DNA of 64,000 bases from Spirulina sp. (GTDB lineage: Bacteria > Cyanobacteriota > Cyanobacteriia > Phormidesmidales > Phormidesmidaceae), in the NCBI GenBank assembly GCA_044070495.1, contig JBIPSI010000007.1:1-64000 (forward strand), in the 5' to 3' direction. Position numbers and translations under genes: made by a program. Within the stretch, counting starts at the first letter, position 1. Each line of letters starts with the position of its first letter. Shown here one piece after another: positions 49,629-59,080 of this stretch. The notes beneath the pieces are model-generated. The model saw only the letters and a program-made list of their open reading frames with translations, ran no database searches and had not been told where the DNA came from.

Positions 49629-49801
49629 TAAGAGTTGATACGTTGGAGTTGGAGTATGGGAATCGAGGTTAGAAGGCGTTTGAAAAGGGTTGCCTCAGGT
49701 ACGCTTGGTCGCTAGATCGGTGTAAAACCACGGTTTTTTGACGGTTGAGGCTGACCTTGTCGGTATAACTTGGGACAAGCTTCGGCTTTTCAAACGTCCT
49801 C

Positions 49802-50260
49802 TTAGGGGGTGAGGTCGTTGATGTGGCGGTAGAAACGCTGTAGGTAGTCGAGGTCGCAGGCGAACAGGTCTTCTATCACCAGGGGCGAGACTTCGGAGAG
49901 GGTGCCGAGGCGGGTGATGACTCGCGACAGAATGAGTACCGTGGCGTAGGCGGGATTGGCCCGCACCCTAGGATCGCGCATGGGCACAATTTCGTCCATG
50001 GCCTTGGCCAGGCGCATCACCCCCCGCCGATGCCAGTTTCCGGCACTGTCTAGGTAGCCCTTGGGCAGTTCAAAAACATACTCTAGCTGAACCGATCCAG
50101 GTGGTGGCGCAGCGGTCGCGTCCATGACCGGATGGCTCGCTGCCGGATTACCCGACCCCAAATCCCCAGATACCGCAGACCCCGACGCAACCGAGGGCTG
50201 GGCCGGGGCAGACTTGACCACGGGGGGCAAGTTCAGGTTGTTGCTCATTTGCATGGCCAT
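49802..50260 (-). CDS. Second CIS chaperone-like paralog
   Basis: FELPKGYLD..G.WHRRG.MRLA.A.DE...MRDPRV..NPAY and LF.CDL.YLQ.FY..IN; lacks the CxxC and GE tail. Confidence 0.8.
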   Translation of the reverse strand: MAMQMSNNLNLPPVVKSAPAQPSVASGSAVSGDLGSGNPAASHPVMDATAAPPPGSVQLEYVFELPKGYLDSAGNWHRRGVMRLAKAMDEIVPMRDPRVRANPAYATVLILSRVITRLGTLSEVSPLVIEDLFACDLDYLQRFYRHINDLTP

Positions 50261-50309
50261 CGGTCACCTAGCCTTGTGGGGTTTTGCTTTGTGGGGGGTG
50301 GATTGTGTT

Positions 50310-50807
50310 TTAGGTGGGTTTGACTTCGGAGCGTTTGAGGGATTCTACGACAATTTCCATTTCTTCGATGTTAAAGTCGCCACTCTTAACATCTAGATCT
50401 GAGATTTTGTAGCGCATGGGCCAGGCCCGTTCAAAGGTGAACCGAAATTGTTCTTCTCCCGCTTGGTTGTAGATGACTAGGGATCCATCTCGTCGTTGGT
50501 CGGCCCATTGACCAGATTGCACCTTATCCAGCCAGTTCCAAAGGGTCATGGAAGTCGTGAGTCCTCGCCGCAGAGTGACGTTCGTATAGGTGGAATTGCC
50601 CGGCAGTTTAGTACGAACAACTCTTCCCTTAGTGTCGCCATTTTTGCCCCAAAGTTGGGGCGTAACTTCGCTAATTTCGATCACATCTTGGGACGCCTGA
50701 AAGCCACTGCAATCCATAAAAATTCCATCCACGCTGTCGATGCTACCATCGAGCTTAATCTCTAGGTAGAACCGAGCACTGGTGAGAAGTTCTGGAAAGT
50801 TTGGCAT
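50310..50807 (-). CDS. Phage tail tube protein (gp19 family)
   Basis: RFYLEI, FMDCSG, KLPG...YTNVTLRRG, RRDGS, AWP.RY and IEEMEI. Confidence 0.9.
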   Translation of the reverse strand: MPNFPELLTSARFYLEIKLDGSIDSVDGIFMDCSGFQASQDVIEISEVTPQLWGKNGDTKGRVVRTKLPGNSTYTNVTLRRGLTTSMTLWNWLDKVQSGQWADQRRDGSLVIYNQAGEEQFRFTFERAWPMRYKISDLDVKSGDFNIEEMEIVVESLKRSEVKPT

Positions 50808-50819
50808 AACTTAAGTTCC

Positions 50820-51302
50820 CTATACCTTACGAATGACTTGGGTAAAGTAGAGCTCAAGCGTATCTTCTGCTAGCTGACCAGCACTATCTACCGATAGAGA
50901 GCCGATTTGGGTTTTATTGCCAGGAAATAGGTCAATGAAATTGAACCGCATGGCTTCTTTCCCGTCTGGATCATAAATGACTAACGATCCATTTTTTCGA
51001 TTTTTAGTGGCTTCAGATCCGCCTCCAGAGAAGGCGTCAGGGTGACACTTGTCGTACCATTCGTACAACTTCTGCTGATCGGCCTCATTACCACCCACGT
51101 AGGTGAGCGTGATTCGTGAGTCGTACTCTACGCCGCCAATTGTGGATTGGGTTTGGGTTACAGCATCCTTAGAGGAGCCAATGGCAGCATCTCCTCCAGC
51201 CACCTTGAGGGTGATTGAAGGGCCAGTCACCTTTTTCACAAACAAACTCGTGACACTATCAATTTCAAAGTAGAACCGCGAACTGGTTAAGTATTGAACC
51301 AT
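50820..51302 (-). CDS. Divergent tail tube protein (gp19-like)
   Basis: SRFYFEID, LYEWY, RKNGSLVIYDPDGKEAMRFNF..LFP. Confidence 0.8.
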   Translation of the reverse strand: MVQYLTSSRFYFEIDSVTSLFVKKVTGPSITLKVAGGDAAIGSSKDAVTQTQSTIGGVEYDSRITLTYVGGNEADQQKLYEWYDKCHPDAFSGGGSEATKNRKNGSLVIYDPDGKEAMRFNFIDLFPGNKTQIGSLSVDSAGQLAEDTLELYFTQVIRKV

Positions 51303-51428
51303 GATAGTTAATTCCCCAAATTATTTCTGGTATCTACACGCTGGTGCCTACGGAATTTCTAAGAACTAGATTGTAGGACAAACGGCATTGGTTGCAAAAA
51401 TGCTTGATGAGCCATGCCATCTACGCTG

Positions 51429-51926
51429 CTATTTCTTCCGGTTGAATTTTTCGCAGGTAATGGTATAGGTTTCCTCGATGTAACTGTCGGTGGTGACATC
51501 TAGATCGGCACATTTATATTTAGAAGGCCAAGCCGTGAGAAAATCCCATCGAGCAATTTCCTTGCCGTCGGTGTCGTAGGCGGTGATGCTGCCTTCCTTA
51601 ATGTTGTCGCGCCACTTGCTGTTGCCACCGTTGGAACCTGGCAGGCATTCCTGAAACCACTTGTACATCTTGACGCTGGTGCTGGATGCATCACCACTGG
51701 CAATGCAAACACAATCAAAGCTAAACAAGCCTTCATGGCCTGCGGCGTTTACCTGCCAAACGGTTTTGCCACCTTTGGTTGTGCCGATGGCCTGTTGGCC
51801 ACCCTGAATCTTGGGTTGGTAATTGGGAAGACTAACACTCTTGAAAATGGATTCTTCCCCTTCTACAATTCCCTTAATTTCCAAGTAAAAACTACTTGGG
51901 GCAATGGGTTTATTCAGTTCTGCCAT
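51429..51926 (-). CDS. Divergent tail tube protein (gp19-like)
   Basis: FYLEI, MYKWF, GSITAYDTDGKEIARWDF..AWPSKY and IEETYTITCE. Confidence 0.85.
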   Translation of the reverse strand: MAELNKPIAPSSFYLEIKGIVEGEESIFKSVSLPNYQPKIQGGQQAIGTTKGGKTVWQVNAAGHEGLFSFDCVCIASGDASSTSVKMYKWFQECLPGSNGGNSKWRDNIKEGSITAYDTDGKEIARWDFLTAWPSKYKCADLDVTTDSYIEETYTITCEKFNRKK

Positions 51927-52017
51927 AACAACATGTCCTCCTGAGAATCATACAAAATGGGGTATCCTCTCCCTGAGATCTCATACTAAATCTGGCTTTT
52001 TTACCCCTGGTATCAGC

Positions 52018-52040
52018 GGGCGAGGAAACCTCGCCCCTAC
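52018..52040. repeat. GTAG-type REP-like hairpin between sheath and tube genes
   Basis: GGGCGAGG-AAA-CCTCGCCC followed by CTAC; similar hairpins occur inside the MITE. Confidence 0.6.
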
Positions 52041-52118
52041 GATTTATCAGACTGGGAATCGGGGTTTTCTGATACGGATTTGGTATCAAAACAGATTCAG
52101 GAAGAGGAATGCGGAGCT

Positions 52119-53828
52119 TTACTGGTTCGGTGCCCACTGGCTGATGCGGAAGATGACAAATTCCGCCGGACGGACGGGACAAACGCCGACTTCCACGTAG
52201 AGGCGGCCTAGCATCATGGTTTCGTGGGTGTTGAGTTCGCCGTCGCATTTCACGTAGAAGGCTTCGGCGGGGGAAGCGCCAAATAGGGCACCTTCGCGCC
52301 AGAGCCGTTCTAGGAAGTTGCTGACGGTGCGGCTCACCCTAGCCCAGAGGTCTTGGTCGTTGGGTTCAAACACTACCCACTGGGTGCCGATTTCGATGGA
52401 TTTTTCGATGTAGCTGAGCAAGCGCCGCACGCTGATGTAGCGCCACTGCACGTTGTCGGGTTCCACTAGGGTGCGGGCACCCCAAACTTTTAGGCCGCGT
52501 TGGTAGTTGGCAAAGTTGCGGATGCAGTTGATGCCCATGGGGTTGAGCAATTCCTGCTCGCGCATGTTGGTTTCGTAGGAGAGGCCGATGACGCCGCGTG
52601 GGGTTTCGTTGGCGGGGGCCTTAAAGACGCCACGGGATTCGTCGGTGCGGCACCAAATGCCCATCATGTGGCCGCAGGGGGGCACCATAATCGGGCGTCC
52701 GGCGTTGCGGGGGTTGGCCACTTTAATCCAGGGATAGTACAGCGCCCCAAACATGGATCGGCGGTTGAACAGGCTGAGCCACTGGGCCACATCCTGGGGT
52801 TTTTGCTGCTCTGGGGCCACCGGATCCATGCTCTTACCGGGTTTGACCGGGGGCGCATCTAGCACGGCCATGCGGTAGGCGGGGCCGGGGAAGGAGTTTT
52901 CGCACATGCTGAGCATGGATTCCATCACCCCATGCACCTGATCCATATCCATCAGGCCGTTTTGGTAGACCCGCATCAGGTCGGGGAAGGCCACCATGGC
53001 GGCTTCGTCCACCTCAAACATGCCCTGCATCCCGGTGCGGTCGTCCCGTTGGCCCTGGATGTCGCGGGAGAGGCGGCCTTCGGGGGAAATGTAGGGGGGC
53101 GGTGCCACTTCATAGATCCCATTGGCAGGGCGGCGGGAGAGAGCTTGCCCAGACACCGAAATATCCGTCAGGGTGACGTACTCCGAGTCGGCCAGGGCGG
53201 TGACGACGTAATCGGCCACCTCGGCTTCCGGCTCTGGGTTCATGGTCAGGTTGGGATAGCGCTCCAGTTCTTCGCCGTTTTGGGTAACGATGACGGTGAA
53301 AAACTCCCCGGTGTTGAGGGGCGGTTCGGCGTCTTCATCGGCGTCTTCGCCCAGGGGTTTGGGTTCGCCATCGGTAATCACCACCCGCACTCGGCTACCA
53401 CCGGAGGGGGGCAGGGCGGGGGTATCGCTGGCCTCGGCGGCTTGCAGGTTAAACCGCAGGGCGGGCTTGCCGCTGGAGGTCATCAGCTTGTGACCTGTAT
53501 CCTCTGGGGGGGGCACCGGGGAACCGGGCAGGCGGGTGCCAATGCTCGTGACCCAACAGCGACCGCCGCCATTCATAAACCAGCCGTTCACCGCAAAGGG
53601 GAGGTAGGCGTCAAAATCCGTAAAGCCATCGGAACCGGGTTTGGCAAAGGCTTCCAAATACTGGTTCCAGTTGGTCACCAGCATGGGTTTGAAGAGTTCG
53701 GCATCGCCCCGCACATCTTCGGTAAAGCCGATAAAGCCGCCCACGCTGAGGCTAACCCCATCAATGGGGCGACTACCGCGATCCACCTCTTCGACGTATA
53801 CACCGGGAGCAAAATAATCTAGGGCCAT
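52119..53828 (-). CDS. Contractile tail sheath protein (gp18/Afp2-4 family)
   Basis: YFAPGVYVEE, FMNGG.RCW, ALYYPW, VPPCGH, RGVFKAPAN, LNP.GINCIR, VWGARTL, WRYISVRR, VFEPND and PVRPAEFVIFRI. Confidence 0.96.
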   Translation of the reverse strand: MALDYFAPGVYVEEVDRGSRPIDGVSLSVGGFIGFTEDVRGDAELFKPMLVTNWNQYLEAFAKPGSDGFTDFDAYLPFAVNGWFMNGGGRCWVTSIGTRLPGSPVPPPEDTGHKLMTSSGKPALRFNLQAAEASDTPALPPSGGSRVRVVITDGEPKPLGEDADEDAEPPLNTGEFFTVIVTQNGEELERYPNLTMNPEPEAEVADYVVTALADSEYVTLTDISVSGQALSRRPANGIYEVAPPPYISPEGRLSRDIQGQRDDRTGMQGMFEVDEAAMVAFPDLMRVYQNGLMDMDQVHGVMESMLSMCENSFPGPAYRMAVLDAPPVKPGKSMDPVAPEQQKPQDVAQWLSLFNRRSMFGALYYPWIKVANPRNAGRPIMVPPCGHMMGIWCRTDESRGVFKAPANETPRGVIGLSYETNMREQELLNPMGINCIRNFANYQRGLKVWGARTLVEPDNVQWRYISVRRLLSYIEKSIEIGTQWVVFEPNDQDLWARVSRTVSNFLERLWREGALFGASPAEAFYVKCDGELNTHETMMLGRLYVEVGVCPVRPAEFVIFRISQWAPNQ

Positions 53829-53913
53829 GGGCCGCCATCCTTTTCTAAGCTAGGGGTTAAGTCTTGGCACGATGGGTCTCGAATCCAACGGGGAAGGCCC
53901 CGATACGCTAGGC

Positions 53914-54474
53914 TCAAGGCGGCGCATGGGGGAGCGGCAACTCATTCACCCCCATCCGATCCCCGAAGGGAATTTCAAAGGGAGCGGTCACCGAGATTTG
54001 CAGGGCTGGACGCAGGGGGATACCCAGGGTGATCCAGAAGGCGGGTTGGGTGACCAGGGTAATCGGCGTGACCCGCAGGGGCAGGGCTGGATATCGCCGC
54101 AGCGATGGCGACAGAAATCGATGGGGAATGTGGGGCGATTGCAGCAGCAGGCTGAGGCTTTCCGACAACAAGGCTTGCTCCCCGAGGGCGGTGTGGTCGC
54201 AGGCCATCAAGGCAAACACCACGTTGAACCAAATCGGCTGCGATCCGACCCCCAACGCTGGGTCGTGGTTCAGACTGGCCCCAGCGCTGGACGGGACATA
54301 GGGCTGCGGATAAGGACTTTGGGCCGACTGAATTTCGTAGTGGTACAGGTGCAGACAGGGCTTGCTCGAATCGGCGACTTGCCCCGGATAGCCAAAGTCA
54401 ATCTGCTCGGTGCCCGTAAGGGTGGGGCCGGATGCCAGTAGGTTCGCTACCGCCTGGGCAATCGCAGAGATCAT
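53914..54474 (-). CDS. Pvc16/DUF4255 CIS tail terminator (cap) protein
   Basis: IDF.YP, LHLYHYEI, EQALLSE.L..LL and FW..LG.PLRPAL.ISVT.P. Confidence 0.8.
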   Translation of the reverse strand: MISAIAQAVANLLASGPTLTGTEQIDFGYPGQVADSSKPCLHLYHYEIQSAQSPYPQPYVPSSAGASLNHDPALGVGSQPIWFNVVFALMACDHTALGEQALLSESLSLLLQSPHIPHRFLSPSLRRYPALPLRVTPITLVTQPAFWITLGIPLRPALQISVTAPFEIPFGDRMGVNELPLPHAPP

Positions 54475-54986
54475 AGACCTGACCGAATAGGTTCGCAGAT
54501 TTAGCTTAGGCCCGCTCCGCCGTCTCCACGATTAGACTTAGGTCGAAACTTTGATCCCTACTGTGATCCCCACGGTGGGCAAAATCCCTAGGGCTGCATG
54601 GTGTTCTCCCTGAGATTGGCCCTGCCCCAGGGTGGAGGTATAGGGCACCCTGGGTGGGAAACGTTGCTTTAGTCAGATCGGGCGAATCCCTTGAGTGGAG
54701 GTGAAAGCTGGGAGAGATCCTAAATTTTGTTGAAAAAATACAGCCAATTTGCCGAAGAAACGAGACACTAGCTTTAGTGATTGCCTCATTTTTGCTTTCA
54801 ACGTTCGTCTTAAACGTCTTGTCACGAATCTTTTTGAAAGATTTCCTGAGAGAAAAACCTGAAAATCTATCACTGGCTCAATGGTGTCTGCCCTGAAGCC
54901 CGACTTTCCTTTCCTTAGGAGGTAAGCGACCTGCTCGACCGCTATTCCAGATTGTTTTTCTAGGTTCAGTGGCTCAACGTTCAGTG

Positions 54987-55116
54987 CTGGTTGCCTGACA
55001 AAACTTGCTAGAACCCATATCCGCCAAAGGGTCAGGAGACCTGACCCTTACATGAACCCGATGCCGTAGGGACGCGGAAACCGCGTCCGGCGCAGGATCT
55101 TTTGTCAGTCAACCAG
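54987..55116. mobile_element. 130-bp MITE, copy 2
   Basis: TIRs CTGGTTGCCTGACA/TGTCAGTCAACCAG; perfect 9-bp TSD CGTTCAGTG at 54978-54986 and 55117-55125. Confidence 0.92.
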
Positions 55117-55532
55117 CGTTCAGTGACTCGAAAACTCGCACCTTGATCTTACCTTTCTAGGCGCTTTATTAAACCCTCTTTTAGGGTTAGAGCCAGGGTT
55201 TGAGGGATCCGTCTAGCCTGCTTCAGCTCGTTAACAAGGGATTATTTACGATCTTTATGGACAGCGAATATGCTGTTTAGCATAGGCCTGACGGGCTATT
55301 CATTATCTGGATTAAAGAGTCGTTTTTTAATCCCAGAATGGCTGAGTCAGAATTTTAGCTTTGGCCTCAAAAACTTAATCTTTTATTCAGATATGGCTTT
55401 GCGATACCTTCGCTAGGGCCTATGGGTAGACGTTGTTTTTCCCTAATATGGTCAAGGTCGGTCTTTTTTAAGGTGGATTTAGCTTCATCGAGCCAGCATG
55501 AATTCTTAATTTAAGTTTGCCCTTTAGTCCTT

Positions 55533-56753
55533 TTGGAAATTGAACCTATGCTGACGTCAGTGGCTCCACCTTTGTCCCAGGTCGTTCACCGAGAGGATCT
55601 GAATCGGTGGAAGGTGGGCTGGGAAGCCTGTGGTTCGGTGTGTCAGTTGCAAGTCCTGCGGCTAGTGCAGCAGGGCTTGGCGGCGGCAGGGTGGATTATC
55701 TATGACGGGGGTGAGGGCCAATCGGGGTCGCCTAGGGGGCGGGTGGTGGCGGCGGCGGGGGCAACGGCGGCGGTGCCCCATGCACTGTCCTTAACCTCAG
55801 AAACCGCCTTGCAGCGTTTCGCCCACCAAGCTAGGGAGGTGCAGCCGGGGGTGGGGGGCTTCTACCATCGCCTGTCTAGCCCCCAGGGAGGGTGGGTCTA
55901 CGGGCTACGGTTTCCGCTGTCTTCGGGTAGCAGCGAGGCCTATCTACTGCTGTGGCGTCCTGGGGAGGCTGGCCTAGAGAATCACAATGGCTCCATGGTT
56001 GATGCTTCTCCCCTGGAACGGGAGGGGCTAGACCTGGCATTGGAGGTCGCGGCTTTACAGACGGCGATCCGCCTAGATCAAGACCATCGACGGCAACGGC
56101 AACGGGTGGATCGCTATCAAAATATTCTGCGTTGTCTGGAGCATCAACTGCGCCATCCCCTGGCTATGATTCACCTCTATGCGGCGAATCTGCAAAACAG
56201 CTTGACCCAGGATCGGGATCGTCAGCAGGCCCAAACCATCCGCGAGGCCGTCGGGCATCTCAATGACCATCTGACGGATCTGATTGCCGGGTGTCAGCGA
56301 TCCCAGATGCAGGCGGAGGTCTGTTCCATCCCCGACCTGTGGGCAGAGGCGTGGCAGGGTTTGCGTCTTGTGGCCCAAGAGAAAGCGGTCAACTTAGTGC
56401 TGGCGGATCGCCCCCTCACCCTTTGGGGAGATCAATCTCAACTGGTGCAAGCCTTTACCAATCTGCTCCACAATGCCCTCTGCTTTAGCCCACCCCAGGG
56501 CCAAATTTCCGCCCAGTGGCAGGTCTATCACCAGGAGGTCGTGATCACCCTCGCCGATCAGGGGCCGGGGCTTTCCCCCACGGATCTTCAGCATCTCTTT
56601 CGGCCCTACTATTCCAACCGCCCCCAGGGCAGCGGCATTGGCCTCACCGTAGCCCGCCAAATTGTGCAGCAGCACGGCGGCAAACTCTGGGCCGAGAACC
56701 TACCCCAGGGCGGCGCACAGTTTTCGATGGTGTTGCCCTTGGCCCCCTCCTAG
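55533..56753 (+). CDS. Sensor histidine kinase (no clear TM segment)
   Basis: H-box EHQLRHPL, N-box NLLHNA, DQGPG, F-box LFRPY, GSGIGL, HGG; start may be the ATG at 55548. Confidence 0.9.
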   Translation: MEIEPMLTSVAPPLSQVVHREDLNRWKVGWEACGSVCQLQVLRLVQQGLAAAGWIIYDGGEGQSGSPRGRVVAAAGATAAVPHALSLTSETALQRFAHQAREVQPGVGGFYHRLSSPQGGWVYGLRFPLSSGSSEAYLLLWRPGEAGLENHNGSMVDASPLEREGLDLALEVAALQTAIRLDQDHRRQRQRVDRYQNILRCLEHQLRHPLAMIHLYAANLQNSLTQDRDRQQAQTIREAVGHLNDHLTDLIAGCQRSQMQAEVCSIPDLWAEAWQGLRLVAQEKAVNLVLADRPLTLWGDQSQLVQAFTNLLHNALCFSPPQGQISAQWQVYHQEVVITLADQGPGLSPTDLQHLFRPYYSNRPQGSGIGLTVARQIVQQHGGKLWAENLPQGGAQFSMVLPLAPS

Positions 56754-56832
56754 GTGGGCTTGTCTCCCCCAGGGGAAAGGGGACGTGGGACGGTGACCGT
56801 TGGGGCCTTCGGTTGGATGATTAGGCTCGGTA

Positions 56833-56878
56833 CAGGTTTGGGTAACAGGTTTGGGTGACGGGTTTGGGTGACGGGTTT
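56833..56878. repeat. 13-bp tandem repeat x3 between kinase and regulator genes
   Basis: CAGGTTTGGGTAA, CAGGTTTGGGTGA, CGGGTTTGGGTGA, then CGGGTTT. Confidence 0.75.
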
Positions 56879-56918
56879 TTGGATGATTGGGTCGTTTGGT
56901 CGTTGCTTCCGATGGTTT

Positions 56919-57590
56919 ATGGATACCCCCATTTCGCTGCTGTTGGTGGATGATTCCCAGCCCTTCCGCCAGGGCATTCGCACGCTGCTGGAGTTCTACA
57001 ACACCAGCACATCGCCGCCGCTGACGGTGGTGGGGGAGGCGGTAACCGAGGCCCAAGCCCTCAAACTCGCCCAAACCCAACGCCCCAACCTAATGCTGCT
57101 GGATATGGAACTGGCCCAAGGCGATGGTTTAGCCGTGCTGAGCCATTTGCGAGAGATGACCCACCCACCCAAGGTATTGGTGTTGTCGGTGCATCGGGAG
57201 GACGAATGGGTGTTTCGGGCCATGCAGGCCGGAGCCCAGGGCTATGTTTGCAAAGACCGAGTCGCCGACCAACTAGTGGACGCCATCGCCACGGTGCTGC
57301 GGGATGAGGTCTATCTATCGCCGCAACTTGCCGCGAGCTTTTTTCGATTGTTTCGGTTCTATGGCGGCCAAACCCGCCCCTGCAACCACACCGTCCACCT
57401 CACAGATCGCGAACAGGAAGTCCTGCACTGGCTGGTGCAGGGAGCTTCTAACGATGCCATTGCCCGCCATCTCCATGTCACGGTGGCCACGGTGAAGGCC
57501 CACCTCACCGGCATTTTTGAAAAACTCAACGTCACCAGCCGCACCCAAGCCATCGTCAAAGCCCTCAAACTCGGACTAGTCTCCGCATGA
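56919..57590 (+). CDS. NarL/LuxR-family response regulator
   Basis: LLVDD, LLDMEL, GAQGYVCK receiver domain; LTDREQEVL...SNDAIA.HL.VT.ATVKAH HTH. Confidence 0.95.
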   Translation: MDTPISLLLVDDSQPFRQGIRTLLEFYNTSTSPPLTVVGEAVTEAQALKLAQTQRPNLMLLDMELAQGDGLAVLSHLREMTHPPKVLVLSVHREDEWVFRAMQAGAQGYVCKDRVADQLVDAIATVLRDEVYLSPQLAASFFRLFRFYGGQTRPCNHTVHLTDREQEVLHWLVQGASNDAIARHLHVTVATVKAHLTGIFEKLNVTSRTQAIVKALKLGLVSA

Positions 57591-58861
57591 GCAACCATCT
57601 CGCCATCGCCACCGTCACCGCCGTGCTCCAGCGCACCCTCCAGGCCAACGTGCAGCGCCATGTGGAATCGGTGCGGATTTCCACCGTGGCCCCCCACCGC
57701 ATCGGCCAGGGCACCCCCGAAACCGGCATCAACCTGTTTCTGTACTACGTCAGCCGCAACAACGCCCTGAAAAACCCCGATGCCCTAGCCCAACGCGCCC
57801 GCAACAAACGCACCCCCTGGCGGCAGGCCGCCCTCGAACTCCACTACATGCTCAGCTTCTACGGCAACGAGGCCGAACTCGAACCCCAGCGGTTGATGGG
57901 CAGCGTGGTGCGCACCTTCAACGACCGCACCCTCCTCCCCGCCGAGCTCATCCAAGACACCCTCAACGACTCCACCTTTAGCTACCTCGATCAGTCCGAC
58001 CTCGGCCAGCAAGTCCAGGAAATCCAAATCACCCCAGAGGACTTGACCCTGGAGGACTTGTCGAAGGTGTGGTCGGTCTTTTTTCAAACCCCCTACGCCC
58101 TCTCCATTGCCTATAAAGTCATGGCCGTGGTGATCGATGGCGAAGACCCCGCCGAACGAGCCCTGCGGGTGCGGGAACGGCCCATCCAGGGCATTGCCCC
58201 CTTCCCCAGTCGGCCCCAGGTGAACCGCATCCTGGCCCAGGAGGGGCCAAACCACCCCATTCTGCCTACCACCTGCCTCCAGATTCAGGGCCATCACCTG
58301 AAGGGAACCCAAACCCAAGTGCGCCTAGGCGGTCAGGACATCGTCCCCCAAGACCTCACAGACGATCAGCTTCACCTGCCCCTTACCACCGTACCCACCC
58401 TACGAGCGGGCATCCAAAGTTTGCAGGTCGTCCACCGCCAAACCCACTCCCTGAGCCGCTTAGACGACCATGCCCCCACCCTGCGGATTAGCTCCAATCC
58501 GGCCCCCTTCACCCTCAGCCCGGTGCTGCAATCCGTCCAGGTCAGCGAGGTGACCGACCACGATGGCGACACCTGCGCCGCCCGCCTCACCCTCACCGTT
58601 ACCCCCACCGTGGGGGCCAGCCAAGGGGTGATGCTCTCCCTCTACGAATGGTCTACCCAGCAGCCCGCCAGCTACCTGATCGAAGTGCCCCCCCGCAGCG
58701 AAGACAGCGACCAAATCACCGTCGCCGTCCAAGGCATCCAAACGGGCACCTACCTGGTGCGCCTCATCGTAGACGGAGCCGAAAGCCCCCTCGACATCGA
58801 CGAAGACCCCACCAGCCCCACCTACCAGTGGTACGCCCAACCTCGGGTGCAAATTACCTAG
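57587..58861 (+). CDS. Long Pvc16/DUF4255 protein with C-terminal Ig-like (IPT/TIG-like) extension
   Basis: MSNHLAIATVT, INLFLY.V..N, LELHYMLSFYG, LSKVWS.FFQTPY.LS.AY; beta-rich C-terminal half; ATGA overlap with the regulator gene. Confidence 0.85.
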   Translation: MSNHLAIATVTAVLQRTLQANVQRHVESVRISTVAPHRIGQGTPETGINLFLYYVSRNNALKNPDALAQRARNKRTPWRQAALELHYMLSFYGNEAELEPQRLMGSVVRTFNDRTLLPAELIQDTLNDSTFSYLDQSDLGQQVQEIQITPEDLTLEDLSKVWSVFFQTPYALSIAYKVMAVVIDGEDPAERALRVRERPIQGIAPFPSRPQVNRILAQEGPNHPILPTTCLQIQGHHLKGTQTQVRLGGQDIVPQDLTDDQLHLPLTTVPTLRAGIQSLQVVHRQTHSLSRLDDHAPTLRISSNPAPFTLSPVLQSVQVSEVTDHDGDTCAARLTLTVTPTVGASQGVMLSLYEWSTQQPASYLIEVPPRSEDSDQITVAVQGIQTGTYLVRLIVDGAESPLDIDEDPTSPTYQWYAQPRVQIT

Positions 58862-59010
58862 ACATGAACAGTAGTTCGTAGGCTGGCCCCATCATCGTCA
58901 GTCATTGGGGTGGCTTCACCGGAGTCTAATCTTTCAAGAATTAAAGCTTTGAGGTGGTCTTTGTGGGCTTTGTCTTGTTGAATGAGGGCTTGGATGTAAT
59001 CGTCGGCACT
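58858..59010 (-). pseudogene. ParD-like antitoxin remnant
   Basis: SADDYIQALIQQDK...LKALILERLDSGEATPMTDDD resembles a ParD C-terminal region; no intact N-terminus or start; 5' boundary approximate. Confidence 0.55.
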
Positions 59011-59080
59011 GTGACCGTAATGATAATGTTCATTTAAGTGAAGAGTACAATTAATAAATAATGATCTTTCCAAGAAAGAC

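Noticed and set aside
51981..52087. Additional MITE between the sheath and tube genes
   Set aside because: Only degenerate inverted ends (TCATACTAAATCTG / CGGATTTGGTATCA), no target duplication and no second copy in the window; only the internal hairpin is reported.
40396..54474. Prophage or type VI secretion system
   Set aside because: No capsid, portal, terminase, integrase or lysis genes, and no TssJLM or ClpV. Pvc16, gp19-type tubes and the Afp7-like gene point to an eCIS-type locus.
40166..55116. Composite transposon carrying the CIS operon
   Set aside because: Each MITE copy has its own 9-bp target duplication and the outer flanks do not match each other, so these are independent insertions.
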